Below are positions 29,602-37,846 of a DNA stretch of 40,507 nucleotides, in pieces (the first letter of the stretch is position 1; every line of letters begins with the position of its first letter). Made by a program: the position numbers and the translations under genes. Source of the stretch: a virus; the UHGV virus genome UHGV-0094371; one strand, 5' to 3'. Below the pieces are notes generated by a model. That model did not search any database. It was given only the letters and a program-made list of their open reading frames with translations, and was not told the DNA's origin.

Positions 29602-29698
29602 ATATCCTCCAAATATTGCGCGTTATGCATGTTATTTCACGCAAGTATTTTGCGCAAGTTGATTTGCTTATCACGCAATAAAGAAATGTAATAAACGC
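29602..29698. promoter_or_regulatory. cI-cro divergent promoter/operator region with two inverted-repeat sites (TTGCGYG-N15-CRCGCAA) and an 8-bp perfect palindrome TTGCGCAA
   Basis: half-sites at 29616-22 / 29638-44 and 29650-57 / 29672-78. Confidence 0.55.
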
Positions 29699-30391
29699 AT
29701 GAACATAGGAAAACGAGTCAGACAACTTCGCCAAGCGAAGAACATGAAAATCGCCGATCTCGCTGAAGCAATAGGAGTAGATGCGGCGAACATCTCGCGC
29801 TTAGAAACGGGTAAGCAGAAACAATTTACCGAACAAACACTGAGTAATATTGCCAAGAGCTTAGGTGTTGATATTGCTGATCTCTTTACCTCTGCCCTCA
29901 AAAGTAATACTGTATATAAAAACAGTAATGATGAGGATGTTGCGCAGGTGAAGGATGTGTTCCGTATTGAAATGTTGGATATCAGTGCCAGTGCGGGAAA
30001 TGGCCTTATCCAGGGCGGTGATGTCATTGATGTGATTCATGCCATCGAATACAGAACTGATAATGCTGTATCAATGTTCGGCGGACGACCAGCCAATCAC
30101 ATCAAAGTTATCAACGTTCGTGGGGACAGTATGTGTCCAACCATTGAGCCAGGAGATCTCATCTTCGTTGATGTCAGCATCAATCAGTTTGATGGTGATG
30201 GTATATATGTCTTTGGTTTTGATGACAAAATATACGTTAAAAGACTTCAAATGATTCCTGACAAACTGCTGGTGATTTCTGATAACCAGATTTACCGTGA
30301 ATGGGGAATTACTAGCGAAAACGAACACCGATTCATGGTCTTTGGAAAGGTCTTAATCAGTCAGTCGCAAACCCTTAAGAGACATAATTAA
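29699..30391 (+). CDS. cI: CI-type prophage repressor (N-terminal HTH plus C-terminal S24 LexA-like peptidase)
   Basis: 230 aa; HTH IADLAEAIGVDAANISRLE; S24 motifs RGDSMCPTIEPGDL and YVKRL. Confidence 0.9.
   Translation: MNIGKRVRQLRQAKNMKIADLAEAIGVDAANISRLETGKQKQFTEQTLSNIAKSLGVDIADLFTSALKSNTVYKNSNDEDVAQVKDVFRIEMLDISASAGNGLIQGGDVIDVIHAIEYRTDNAVSMFGGRPANHIKVINVRGDSMCPTIEPGDLIFVDVSINQFDGDGIYVFGFDDKIYVKRLQMIPDKLLVISDNQIYREWGITSENEHRFMVFGKVLISQSQTLKRHN
29908..29927. promoter_or_regulatory. near-consensus LexA (SOS) box TACTGTATATAAAAACAGTA inside the cI coding sequence
   Basis: CTGT-N8-ACAG with flanking TA/TA; 2 mismatches to TACTGTATATATATACAGTA, both in the AT spacer. Confidence 0.5.
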
Positions 30392-30410
30392 CTTCAATAT
30401 CCCATCCATC

Positions 30411-30433
30411 GGCCACCGAAAGGTGGCTTTTTA
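30411..30433 (+). terminator. intrinsic terminator after cI (GCCACC-GAAA-GGTGGC then T5)
   Basis: direct reading, 20 nt after the cI stop. Confidence 0.65.
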
Positions 30434-30683
30434 TCACCCATAATTTTGCACATCTCGCAAAATATTACTTGCGTATATCGCATTTTAATTTTATCTTTTG
30501 TTCCAGACCAACTACAGGATTACAACAAAATCTAGTTGCAACACGGTGCATGGTGCATGTGTCGTAAGCGGTCAGTAATTGTCAAAAACGAACAGTCAGG
30601 ACGACCACGAAGTAGCCGCCGGTGGCGTATGAATGACCGGATGATTCGCTGACAGAAAACTTAGGTTGGGGGTAGAGGTTTAC

Positions 30684-31049
30684 ATGAATCATTTATTCAC
30701 ATGCTCATTTTGCGGAGCAACCGAACTGGGAGCGATAAAGATCGTCGCAAAAGGTGGTAAGGACGAACCTGCCATCTGTTCGGAATGCGTAGTCACATGT
30801 GTAGAAAAAATGATCCTGACTAAAAAATCAGAGGCTGAAAAACCAACCTCTGATAACGAAATAATATCAGTCGATAAAAAACTATTTAAAGAGCTTCTTC
30901 AGCTTGTCCTCAACCATCCTGATTTCGGAAGTAAGCTGGCTGCTGTTGACATTGATAGTAGCTCCACATCGACAAGTGAAACTTTTGTTCGACTTGAGCC
31001 AAGCGATTTTCTTCTTCGTCTTAGTGCCGCACTTAGGGCATGCGGGTAA
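30684..31049 (+). CDS. stand-alone ClpX-type C4 zinc-finger (ZBD-like) protein
   Basis: 121 aa from the ATG at 30684 (GAGG RBS 6 nt upstream); CSFCG-x20-CSEC resembles the ClpX N-terminal zinc-binding domain as recalled. Confidence 0.55.
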   Translation: MNHLFTCSFCGATELGAIKIVAKGGKDEPAICSECVVTCVEKMILTKKSEAEKPTSDNEIISVDKKLFKELLQLVLNHPDFGSKLAAVDIDSSSTSTSETFVRLEPSDFLLRLSAALRACG

Positions 31050-31079
31050 CGTAATTTCCTGGTTATCAAAAGCGCCCAT
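30882..31079 (-). CDS. hypothetical zinc-ribbon protein (65 aa), antisense to the 3' end of the ClpX-ZBD ORF
   Basis: CPKCG...CRCG zinc ribbon; AGAGGG RBS 7 nt upstream of the 31079 ATG; one of the two overlapping ORFs may be spurious. Confidence 0.35.
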   Translation of the reverse strand: MGAFDNQEITLPACPKCGTKTKKKIAWLKSNKSFTCRCGATINVNSSQLTSEIRMVEDKLKKLFK

Positions 31080-31227
31080 AAACATCCCTCTTGGTTGTGT
31101 GAGAACACCAAGATACCACCGCGCCTGATGTGGTTAAAAGCAGGCTAAAGCAATAACAAGTAACTCCCTGTTCTGGCGGCCCGGTGTTTTCCCGTGTATT
31201 TCCGGTAACCGCCAGCCTTTTTCAGGG

Positions 31228-31339
31228 CACAACAGAAAAGGGCATCACCGGGCGACGGGCTCATAACCCAATCCACCCGGGCAAAAAGAAAGCGGTCTCT
31301 GCAAGCCGCCGACCAATGCAGGTGCCCTTCTCTGTTGTG
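31228..31339. repeat. 17-bp inverted repeat (cacaacagaaaagggca / tgcccttctctgttgtg, 1 mismatch) with a 78-nt spacer
   Basis: arms at 31228-31244 and 31323-31339. Confidence 0.5.
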
Positions 31340-31496
31340 TATGGAGAAACTAACTTTTTAGCGCCGGTGCAGAGGCGTTGAGGAACCGAGAATGAACAAT
31401 CCGTTTTTCAAAAATATGGGGTATTCGGGATAAGTAGTTGTTGAAGACCTTTTGCACAGATCTGCAATTCATTTTTATAGACGGTGAAAGTTGTTG

Positions 31497-31525
31497 TTGA
31501 CCTCCTGATCGGATTCCTATAGTGT
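31497..31525 (+). promoter_or_regulatory. candidate early-left promoter (TTGACC-N17-TAGTGT)
   Basis: hexamers read directly; a weak hairpin plus T6 lies at about 31569-31594. Confidence 0.3.
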
Positions 31526-31630
31526 TTGTCTCACGAGGCGTCGAAACCTCTTCTCAGTGCGGTCAGAACCAACCCCGACAGTGTTGGCTTTTTTATGTCT
31601 GTCATTCAGTGAACGCATAGCGCGGTCACA

Positions 31631-31734
31631 TCCCGATCAATGTCGGGAGGGCGACTAATACAACACCCTTACGGGGAATAAGTCCGCGGTCTCACTGAGC
31701 CGTTTCGAACCTCCCGGCACCACTCCGATAGTGG
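31631..31734 (+). promoter_or_regulatory. structured leader upstream of the KilA-N gene with mutually exclusive pairings
   Basis: segment tcgggagg (31643-50) can pair with tcccga (31631-36) or with cctcccggca (31710-19, 10 bp with one G-U); a further hairpin at 31720-34. Confidence 0.35.
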
Positions 31735-31761
31735 TAATTCGAAAAAATCAGTGAGGTCATT

Positions 31762-32622
31762 ATGACTACCCAAATCATCATCTCCGATATCTCTATCCAT
31801 CAGGATTCAAAAGGTCGTTATTCAATCAACGATCTGCATAAAGCTGCTGGCGCTGAACATCGCCACCTGCCTAACTACTGGCTTGAACTACAGCAGACCA
31901 AAGAGTTAATCGAAGAGATTCTAAATACCGGAATCCCGGTAATTAACCCTCCGGTAGCCAGCAGAAAGGGCCGTTACGGTGGCACCTACGTATGCAAAGA
32001 GTTGGTTTACTCCTACGCCATGTGGATCAGCGCCGCTTTTGCACTCAAGGTGATCCGGGCATATGACGCGCTGGTATCTGGCAATGTGGAAGTGAAGCCA
32101 AAGGTTCGCCAGTGTACGGCAACCCAACTCACCCCGCTGCGCCAAACAGCAGAACGGTTAATCACAACTGGCCTCGGCAAAATCTATCCCGACATCTGGA
32201 AGCTGGTTCATCAGCGCTTCGATGTTGAGCATATCCACCAGTTGCAGCCTGAGCAGGTCGGTGAAGCCATCGAGTACCTGAACGTGCTGGAAGGTGAGTA
32301 CCTGGGGCGCGAGACACTTCCGGCAACCCCATCAGTGCATTTCACCAACGAGGAGCTTTGCGCTCTCTGCTGGGTATGGAATGCCGCCGAATACATGCGG
32401 GAGAAGATAGAGCTGGCCTATCCCGCAATGAAAACTCTCAAGTCTGAATACGCACCGAGCTTCTACTCAATGGCATTTGAGTATCAGCGAACACTGGAAG
32501 CCGGTAGAAAGGTTCTCGAACGGGAAACAAAACACATCGTTCCTCATCCTCACAGCGTGTCAGATGAAAACTGGCGGCGAGTCCTGCCTCGTCTGCGCCA
32601 AAATAGCTTACCTCGCGGATAA
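31762..32622 (+). CDS. KilA-N domain protein (paralogue of 25479-26288)
   Basis: 286 aa; GRYSINDLHKAA...GTYVCKELVYSYAMWISAAFALKVIR. Confidence 0.7.
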   Translation: MTTQIIISDISIHQDSKGRYSINDLHKAAGAEHRHLPNYWLELQQTKELIEEILNTGIPVINPPVASRKGRYGGTYVCKELVYSYAMWISAAFALKVIRAYDALVSGNVEVKPKVRQCTATQLTPLRQTAERLITTGLGKIYPDIWKLVHQRFDVEHIHQLQPEQVGEAIEYLNVLEGEYLGRETLPATPSVHFTNEELCALCWVWNAAEYMREKIELAYPAMKTLKSEYAPSFYSMAFEYQRTLEAGRKVLERETKHIVPHPHSVSDENWRRVLPRLRQNSLPRG

Positions 32623-32636
32623 TAAGGGACAAAACG

Positions 32637-33959
32637 ATGAGCGAGATTGCACCAACGAGCCTGTTACACCCTCTGAAAGCTACCGTTCTGGATTTTCAGG
32701 AGGATGAGCACGACTATCAGTTCAAGGTTGAATACCCGGAGCCGACCTGCTGCCATGCCTGCGGTGCAGTGTCTGACATCATCCGCTTTAACAAAAAGCT
32801 GGTGAAGTACCGGGATGTTCCCATGCACGGGAAGCGCGTCACGCTCTGGGTCGTAACACGCCGTTATCAGTGCAAATCATGCAAAGGCACATTCACCCCG
32901 GCCATCCCCGAGATGGCCGAAGCCCACCGCATGACAAAGCGCTGCTATCAGTACATCATTAAACGTGCGCTGACCGGCACTAACGCCAGCGTCGCGCAAG
33001 ATGTTGGCTTTGATGAGTCCGTCACCCGTGGGGTCATCAAGTCCTACTGCGAGCAAAAGGCGAAGACCTATAAGCCTGTGCTGCCGCGAGTGCTGGGCAT
33101 TGATGAGCTGTACCTGAACAAAACCTTCCGCTGTGTCCTGACCAACATCGAGCAGGGAACCATTATTGACATACTGGAATCCCGGCAAAGTAACGTCATC
33201 TACAACCGTCTGGCGCATATGGAAGGCCGTGAGAACGTGCAGATCGTCTGTCAGGATATGTGGAAGCCATACCGTGACGTTGCCAGCCAGCTATTCCCTA
33301 AAGCCAGCATCGTCGTTGACCGCTTCCATATCCAGCGCATGGCTAACGAGGCGATGGAAACGCTGCGTAAGTCGCTCAAAAAGGATCTGACAGTACACCA
33401 CCGACGGCAGCTTAAAGGCGACCGTAAGATGATGTTGATGCGTAAGCGTGACCTTAACCCTATGCAGCAGATGATTATCGAAACGTGGCTGGATCACTAT
33501 CCTGAGTTGGGTCTGGCCTATCAGCTCAAGGAAGAGTTCTTTGATATCTGGCTGGCACAGACTGAACCTGAGGCCAGAATGCGCTATCAGAACTGGCTGG
33601 CAAAGATACCCGATCATCATAAAAAGCACTGGAAGCCGCTGATAACATCCATGACGAACTGGGAGAAAGAGATATTCGCCTACTTCGGCCCGGCCCAGCG
33701 GAAGACCAACGCCTTTACGGAATCCATCAACCGCAAGATGCGCGATCTGAACCGTGATTCGCGCGGAATGTCCTTTGAGATGTTCAGGGCTAAAACACTG
33801 TTCACTCTCAAGCATAAGTTCAGCAAGCCTAAACCAGTGAAAGAATCACCGTTCACGGTTGGCTATGTCACCGCTGGTTCGTGGGATCTGGATGATGAAA
33901 TCCGGGACGATTACGGCGTATCTATCGACGCTATTCTGGAATCCAAAATCGGCGAATAA
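32637..33959 (+). CDS. ISL3-family DDE transposase homologue (zinc ribbon plus DDE domain), with no terminal inverted repeats found
   Basis: 440 aa; N-terminal CCHACG...CKSCKG; LGIDE, VCQDMWKPY, DRFHI and TNAFTESINRKMRDLNR motifs resemble the ISL3 signature as recalled; starts 15 nt after the KilA-N stop. Confidence 0.6.
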   Translation: MSEIAPTSLLHPLKATVLDFQEDEHDYQFKVEYPEPTCCHACGAVSDIIRFNKKLVKYRDVPMHGKRVTLWVVTRRYQCKSCKGTFTPAIPEMAEAHRMTKRCYQYIIKRALTGTNASVAQDVGFDESVTRGVIKSYCEQKAKTYKPVLPRVLGIDELYLNKTFRCVLTNIEQGTIIDILESRQSNVIYNRLAHMEGRENVQIVCQDMWKPYRDVASQLFPKASIVVDRFHIQRMANEAMETLRKSLKKDLTVHHRRQLKGDRKMMLMRKRDLNPMQQMIIETWLDHYPELGLAYQLKEEFFDIWLAQTEPEARMRYQNWLAKIPDHHKKHWKPLITSMTNWEKEIFAYFGPAQRKTNAFTESINRKMRDLNRDSRGMSFEMFRAKTLFTLKHKFSKPKPVKESPFTVGYVTAGSWDLDDEIRDDYGVSIDAILESKIGE

Positions 33960-34043
33960 ATAGCCGCCAACAACACACCCATCATTTTCCATTCAACGGG
34001 GTTCGGGATGTCCTAACAACAGGATTTCCCGAATACCCAAAAT

Positions 34044-34937
34044 ATGTTGGTGTATCGCATTAGTCGCGATTTCACCATCAACCAGGAAGAGCTGGAACAG
34101 CAGCTTGAACTATTTCGCTTCACTCCATGCGGTAGCCAGGATATGGCAAAAACCGGTTGGGTATCACCACTTGGTCAGCTGTCAGATCGCTTGCATCACA
34201 CTGTCAATAATCAAGTGTTGTTGGTTATTCGCCGGGAAGAAAAAATACTGCCATCTCCTGTCATTGCTGAAGAACTGCGCAAGCGTGTGTCGCGTCTGGA
34301 ATCCGATCAGGGGCGTCGCCTCAAAAAAACTGAGAAAGATTCGCTGCGTGATGAAGTGTTGCACTCCCTGCTTCCTCGGGCGTTCTCCAAAAACTCGACT
34401 GTTAGTTTGTGGATCAACGTCACCGACGGTCTGATCATGGTTGATGCAGCCAGCGCTAAACGTGCCGAAGACTCACTGGCCCTGCTTCGTAAAACTCTCG
34501 GTTCTCTCCCGGTGGTACCGCTGACTATGGAAACGCCGATCGAACTAACTATGACCGAATGGGTTCGTTCCGGTAGTGCGCCTGCTGGCTTTGGGCTGGG
34601 TGATGAAGCCGAACTGAAAGCCATTCTTGAAAATGGCGGTATCGGACGCTTTAAAAAACAGGCTCTGGTCAGCGACGAAATTCATGTGCATCTGGAAGCT
34701 GGCAAAGTAGTTACAAAGCTGTCTATCGACTGGCAACAGCGCATTCAGTTCGTTCTTTGCGATGACGGCAGCATCAAGCGCCTTAAGTTCTCTGATGAGC
34801 TGACAGAACAAAACGACGATATCGACCGTGAGGATGCGGCTCAGCGGTTCGACGCTGACTTTGTTCTGATGACCGGCGAGCTTATCTCTCTCATTAACGG
34901 ATTAACAACCTCTCTCGGCGGCGAAGCCAAGCGATAA
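34044..34937 (+). CDS. rdgC: recombination-associated protein RdgC homologue
   Basis: 297 aa; collinear with E. coli RdgC as recalled ([47 protein letters not shown]...LGGEA). Confidence 0.85.
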   Translation: MLVYRISRDFTINQEELEQQLELFRFTPCGSQDMAKTGWVSPLGQLSDRLHHTVNNQVLLVIRREEKILPSPVIAEELRKRVSRLESDQGRRLKKTEKDSLRDEVLHSLLPRAFSKNSTVSLWINVTDGLIMVDAASAKRAEDSLALLRKTLGSLPVVPLTMETPIELTMTEWVRSGSAPAGFGLGDEAELKAILENGGIGRFKKQALVSDEIHVHLEAGKVVTKLSIDWQQRIQFVLCDDGSIKRLKFSDELTEQNDDIDREDAAQRFDADFVLMTGELISLINGLTTSLGGEAKR

Positions 34938-35044
34938 ACACCAGGCAACAATTACCCCATAAGCATGGGTTGGGTTGCTGCACGCTAAATTCAGCAATTC
35001 ATTAATTTAATGGCGCGGTGCAGCGCGCCAATATGGAGAAAACC

Positions 35045-35581
35045 ATGAGTTACATTCAGACATTATCCGGCAAACACTTTAATTACCTCGATATCCAACA
35101 GGACGATATCGTGATCGAAGATATCGCTACCGCGTTGTCTCATATCTGCCGCTTTGCAGGGCATCTTCCTGAGTTTTACAGCGTCGGCCAACATAGCGTT
35201 TTAACCAGCCACCTCGTTCCGCAGGAATTTGCTTTTGAAGCTTTAATGCATGATGCAACAGAAGCATATTGCCAGGACATCCCCGCACCACTGAAACGAC
35301 TTCTTCCTGACTATAAACGGATGGAAGAAAAAATAGACGCCGTAATACGTGAGAAATACGGGTTACCTCCTGTTATGAGCACGCCAGTGAAATATGCCGA
35401 TCTCATTATGCTGGCAACCGAACGCCGCGATCTCGGGCTTGATGATGGCTCTTTCTGGCCTGTACTGGAAGGTATCCCGGCAACTGAGATGTTCAAAGTG
35501 ATTCCACAGGCACCGGGCCATGCCTACGGGATGTTTATGGAACGTTTTAACGAGTTATCGGAGTTACGCAAATGCGCATGA
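35045..35581 (+). CDS. HD-domain phosphohydrolase (YfbR-like 5'-deoxynucleotidase family)
   Basis: HD motif (LMHDATEAY); GGAG RBS 6 nt upstream of the 35045 ATG (track start 35018 is upstream). Confidence 0.65.
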   Translation: MSYIQTLSGKHFNYLDIQQDDIVIEDIATALSHICRFAGHLPEFYSVGQHSVLTSHLVPQEFAFEALMHDATEAYCQDIPAPLKRLLPDYKRMEEKIDAVIREKYGLPPVMSTPVKYADLIMLATERRDLGLDDGSFWPVLEGIPATEMFKVIPQAPGHAYGMFMERFNELSELRKCA

Positions 35582-35934
35582 ATGTTTTCGAAATGGAAGG
35601 GTTTCTTCGTGGGAGATGTGTACCGCGAGATCTGAAAGTGAATGAAACAGATGCTGAATACCTGGTGCGTAAATTCGATGCGCTTGAAGCTAAATGTGCA
35701 GCACAGGAAAACAAAGTAATACCAGTGTCAACTGAACTGCCACCAGCAAATGAAAGTGTTCTGTTATTTGATGCTAACGGAGAAGGCTGGCTAATTGGCT
35801 GGCGTTCTCTCTGGTACACCTGGGGACAAAAAGAAACCGGAGAATGGCAGTGGACATTTCAGGTCGGGGACCTTGAAAACGTCAATATCACTCACTGGGC
35901 AGTAATGCCGAAAGCACCGGAGAATAAGAAATGA
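35572..35934 (+). CDS. DUF551-like protein
   Basis: 120 aa; C-terminal ITHWAVMPKAPE resembles the DUF551 ending of 37112-37846 (THWMPLPEPP). Confidence 0.45.
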   Translation: MRMNVFEMEGFLRGRCVPRDLKVNETDAEYLVRKFDALEAKCAAQENKVIPVSTELPPANESVLLFDANGEGWLIGWRSLWYTWGQKETGEWQWTFQVGDLENVNITHWAVMPKAPENKK

Positions 35935-36134
35935 GCGTGATAAAAACTCATACAGGAATTGTTATCACCCGAGACGGTCCGCAGGTAAAAAAACTGCACC
36001 AGACAAAGCGGATGTGGGTGGTCGGAAAAAACGAGTTTTACCACAAAGAAACCGGACGCCGCCACTTTGCAGAAAATACACGCCGCCGACTGCTGATCGA
36101 CAGCATCAAACCTATTGAGGTGGAGCATGTTTAA
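35931..36134 (+). CDS. hypothetical small protein (67 aa)
   Basis: ORF; ATGA coupling with the upstream gene. Confidence 0.35.
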   Translation: MSVIKTHTGIVITRDGPQVKKLHQTKRMWVVGKNEFYHKETGRRHFAENTRRRLLIDSIKPIEVEHV

Positions 36135-36366
36135 ACAGAACGAAAAATCTATCGCTCAAATTGCTGAGTATATCCCACGTGCGTGCCGGGGTATGCAGTT
36201 GCAGGAAGCCAAAGCGCGCCTGGAGAAAAAAATTGCGCTCTATATCGATGACGGCTGTAATGCTGCCGTTCTTAACGCGGCGTTCGCGCCAGCTCTTAAC
36301 AGTCATACACGAGAGTCTTTTTTTTCGTGCATCGCAGCGCAGATCCGTAAAGGAGGCAGCCAGTGA
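36127..36366 (+). CDS. hypothetical protein (ATG at 36127; track start 36115 is TTG)
   Basis: ORF overlapping its neighbours. Confidence 0.3.
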   Translation: MFKQNEKSIAQIAEYIPRACRGMQLQEAKARLEKKIALYIDDGCNAAVLNAAFAPALNSHTRESFFSCIAAQIRKGGSQ

Positions 36367-36917
36367 GCGAGATTAGCTATCAGGCTCTGCGACTGGCGGC
36401 AGAAAATGCAACACCAGGCGAATGGTGTACTGATGACTACCATGGAGTAATTGCCGATGCCGGACTGAACGCCAATTACTACATAGCATCATGCTCAGGA
36501 CCAGATAATCGCGCCAATAAACGATTCATAGCCGCCGCCAATCCTGCCACCGTCTTGGCGCTGCTGGATGAGCTGGAAGCAGCAGAGAAGCGAAACGCTG
36601 AATTACAAAGCGAGAATGCATACATCCGCAACCGGTACAAAGAACTGGACCTATTAATCGGGAAAAACATTCTGGTCATGCAGGCTGCCATTATCGAATG
36701 GCAGGCAACTGGCGACGCTAAGAGCGGACTGGCATGGATTTATAACACACTGTTTGGCCCTGGCGAATTACCGGACGAATCTGAGAAAGATGCTCAGGCC
36801 TACTTTAATCGCAAATGTGCACCGATTGACGAAAAGCTTATGGCGCTTCACAAGTGGTTTTGGGAACAAAGTGAAGCCGAGCGCGCCGCCGCCAACATTG
36901 GTGTGAAGGGGAAGTGA
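36363..36917 (+). CDS. Ead/Ea22-like protein
   Basis: 184 aa; AAANPATVLALLDELEAAEKRNAEL motif. Confidence 0.6.
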   Translation: MSEISYQALRLAAENATPGEWCTDDYHGVIADAGLNANYYIASCSGPDNRANKRFIAAANPATVLALLDELEAAEKRNAELQSENAYIRNRYKELDLLIGKNILVMQAAIIEWQATGDAKSGLAWIYNTLFGPGELPDESEKDAQAYFNRKCAPIDEKLMALHKWFWEQSEAERAAANIGVKGK

Positions 36918-37111
36918 GATGAACGGACAAATCTCAATTGTTCGACCGGGAGCATGTGACGATTGCGAGATACGAATGATTATTCGTCTGGCGAGGGGGA
37001 AACAATAACTGCTCTCATTACTCCTGAAAATCTCGCATTAGCATTAACAGGAAAGTCAGACCTGCCAGTAGAGCTAAAGCTGCGAAATATTGAGATTAAA
37101 GTGAAATAGTT

Positions 37112-37846
37112 ATGAATACTCTTACCAAAGAATGGTTACAGAACACGATTACCAGCATTGAGTCAGCACGGGATGAAATACCGTTCGGACTCGATGAAGA
37201 TCAAAACAACATGCTTACCGCATTAAAAATTGCACTGGCATCACTGGCAGCAGTATCGGATGAACGAGCAGCCTATGAATTATTTATGGAGAAGCGTTTC
37301 AGGGAATCTGTAGATCGCCGTAGGGCAAAAAATGGCGATAGAGAATACATGGCATGGGATATGGCGCTTGGCTGGATTATCTGGTGTCACCGCGCCGCCA
37401 TGCTTCAGGGTAGCCAACCTGTAAGCCAAACTTACAACTTGCCAGAATTAATCGAAGGCATGGAAGTTTCCATTGATGTAAGCACTTGTGATGCTGATTT
37501 AGGTAATCGCTATTTCGGCACCGTCACCGAGGCGTTAGAACTTGATACAGCCAAGAATGGTTACATCCTCCTGGTTCAGGACGCAGAGCCAAACTTCGAT
37601 GTAAATGGCAACTCTCCGGGAACTCCGGATAGTTGGATAAGCTGTAGTGATCAAATGCCTGAAAAGGGCCAGAACGTGCTTATTTCGGTGAATTTCGATA
37701 GCTCTCTGGTTGAACCGCTAATATGCTCCGCACGCTATACCGGAAGCACCTTTCGGCGCGGAGATGCAACGATTAAGCCGGGTAATGGTATTGAGCAAGC
37801 AACTCACTGGATGCCGCTACCGGAACCGCCGCAGGAGGTGAAGTGA
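37112..37846 (+). CDS. DUF551 domain protein
   Basis: 244 aa; C-terminal WISCSDQMPEKGQNVLIS...ATHWMPLPEPP. Confidence 0.55.
   Translation: MNTLTKEWLQNTITSIESARDEIPFGLDEDQNNMLTALKIALASLAAVSDERAAYELFMEKRFRESVDRRRAKNGDREYMAWDMALGWIIWCHRAAMLQGSQPVSQTYNLPELIEGMEVSIDVSTCDADLGNRYFGTVTEALELDTAKNGYILLVQDAEPNFDVNGNSPGTPDSWISCSDQMPEKGQNVLISVNFDSSLVEPLICSARYTGSTFRRGDATIKPGNGIEQATHWMPLPEPPQEVK

Noticed and set aside
31184-31381. 65-aa plus-strand ORF, considered as a possible N-like antiterminator
   Set aside because: No arginine-rich N-terminal motif and no RBS; it overlaps the 17-bp inverted-repeat structure, so the open frame is probably incidental.
31641-31719. Possible tRNA gene (a 7-10-bp closing stem around about 60 nt, ending near ...GGCACCA)
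   Set aside because: No canonical T-loop (GTTCRANYC) at the required position and no CCA or discriminator in register; treated as a structured leader instead.
32600-33964. 7-bp direct repeat AAATAGC on both sides of the transposase ORF as a possible target-site duplication
   Set aside because: The downstream copy overlaps the stop codon, no inverted repeats sit inside the repeats, and a 7-mer recurring within 1.4 kb is not improbable by chance.
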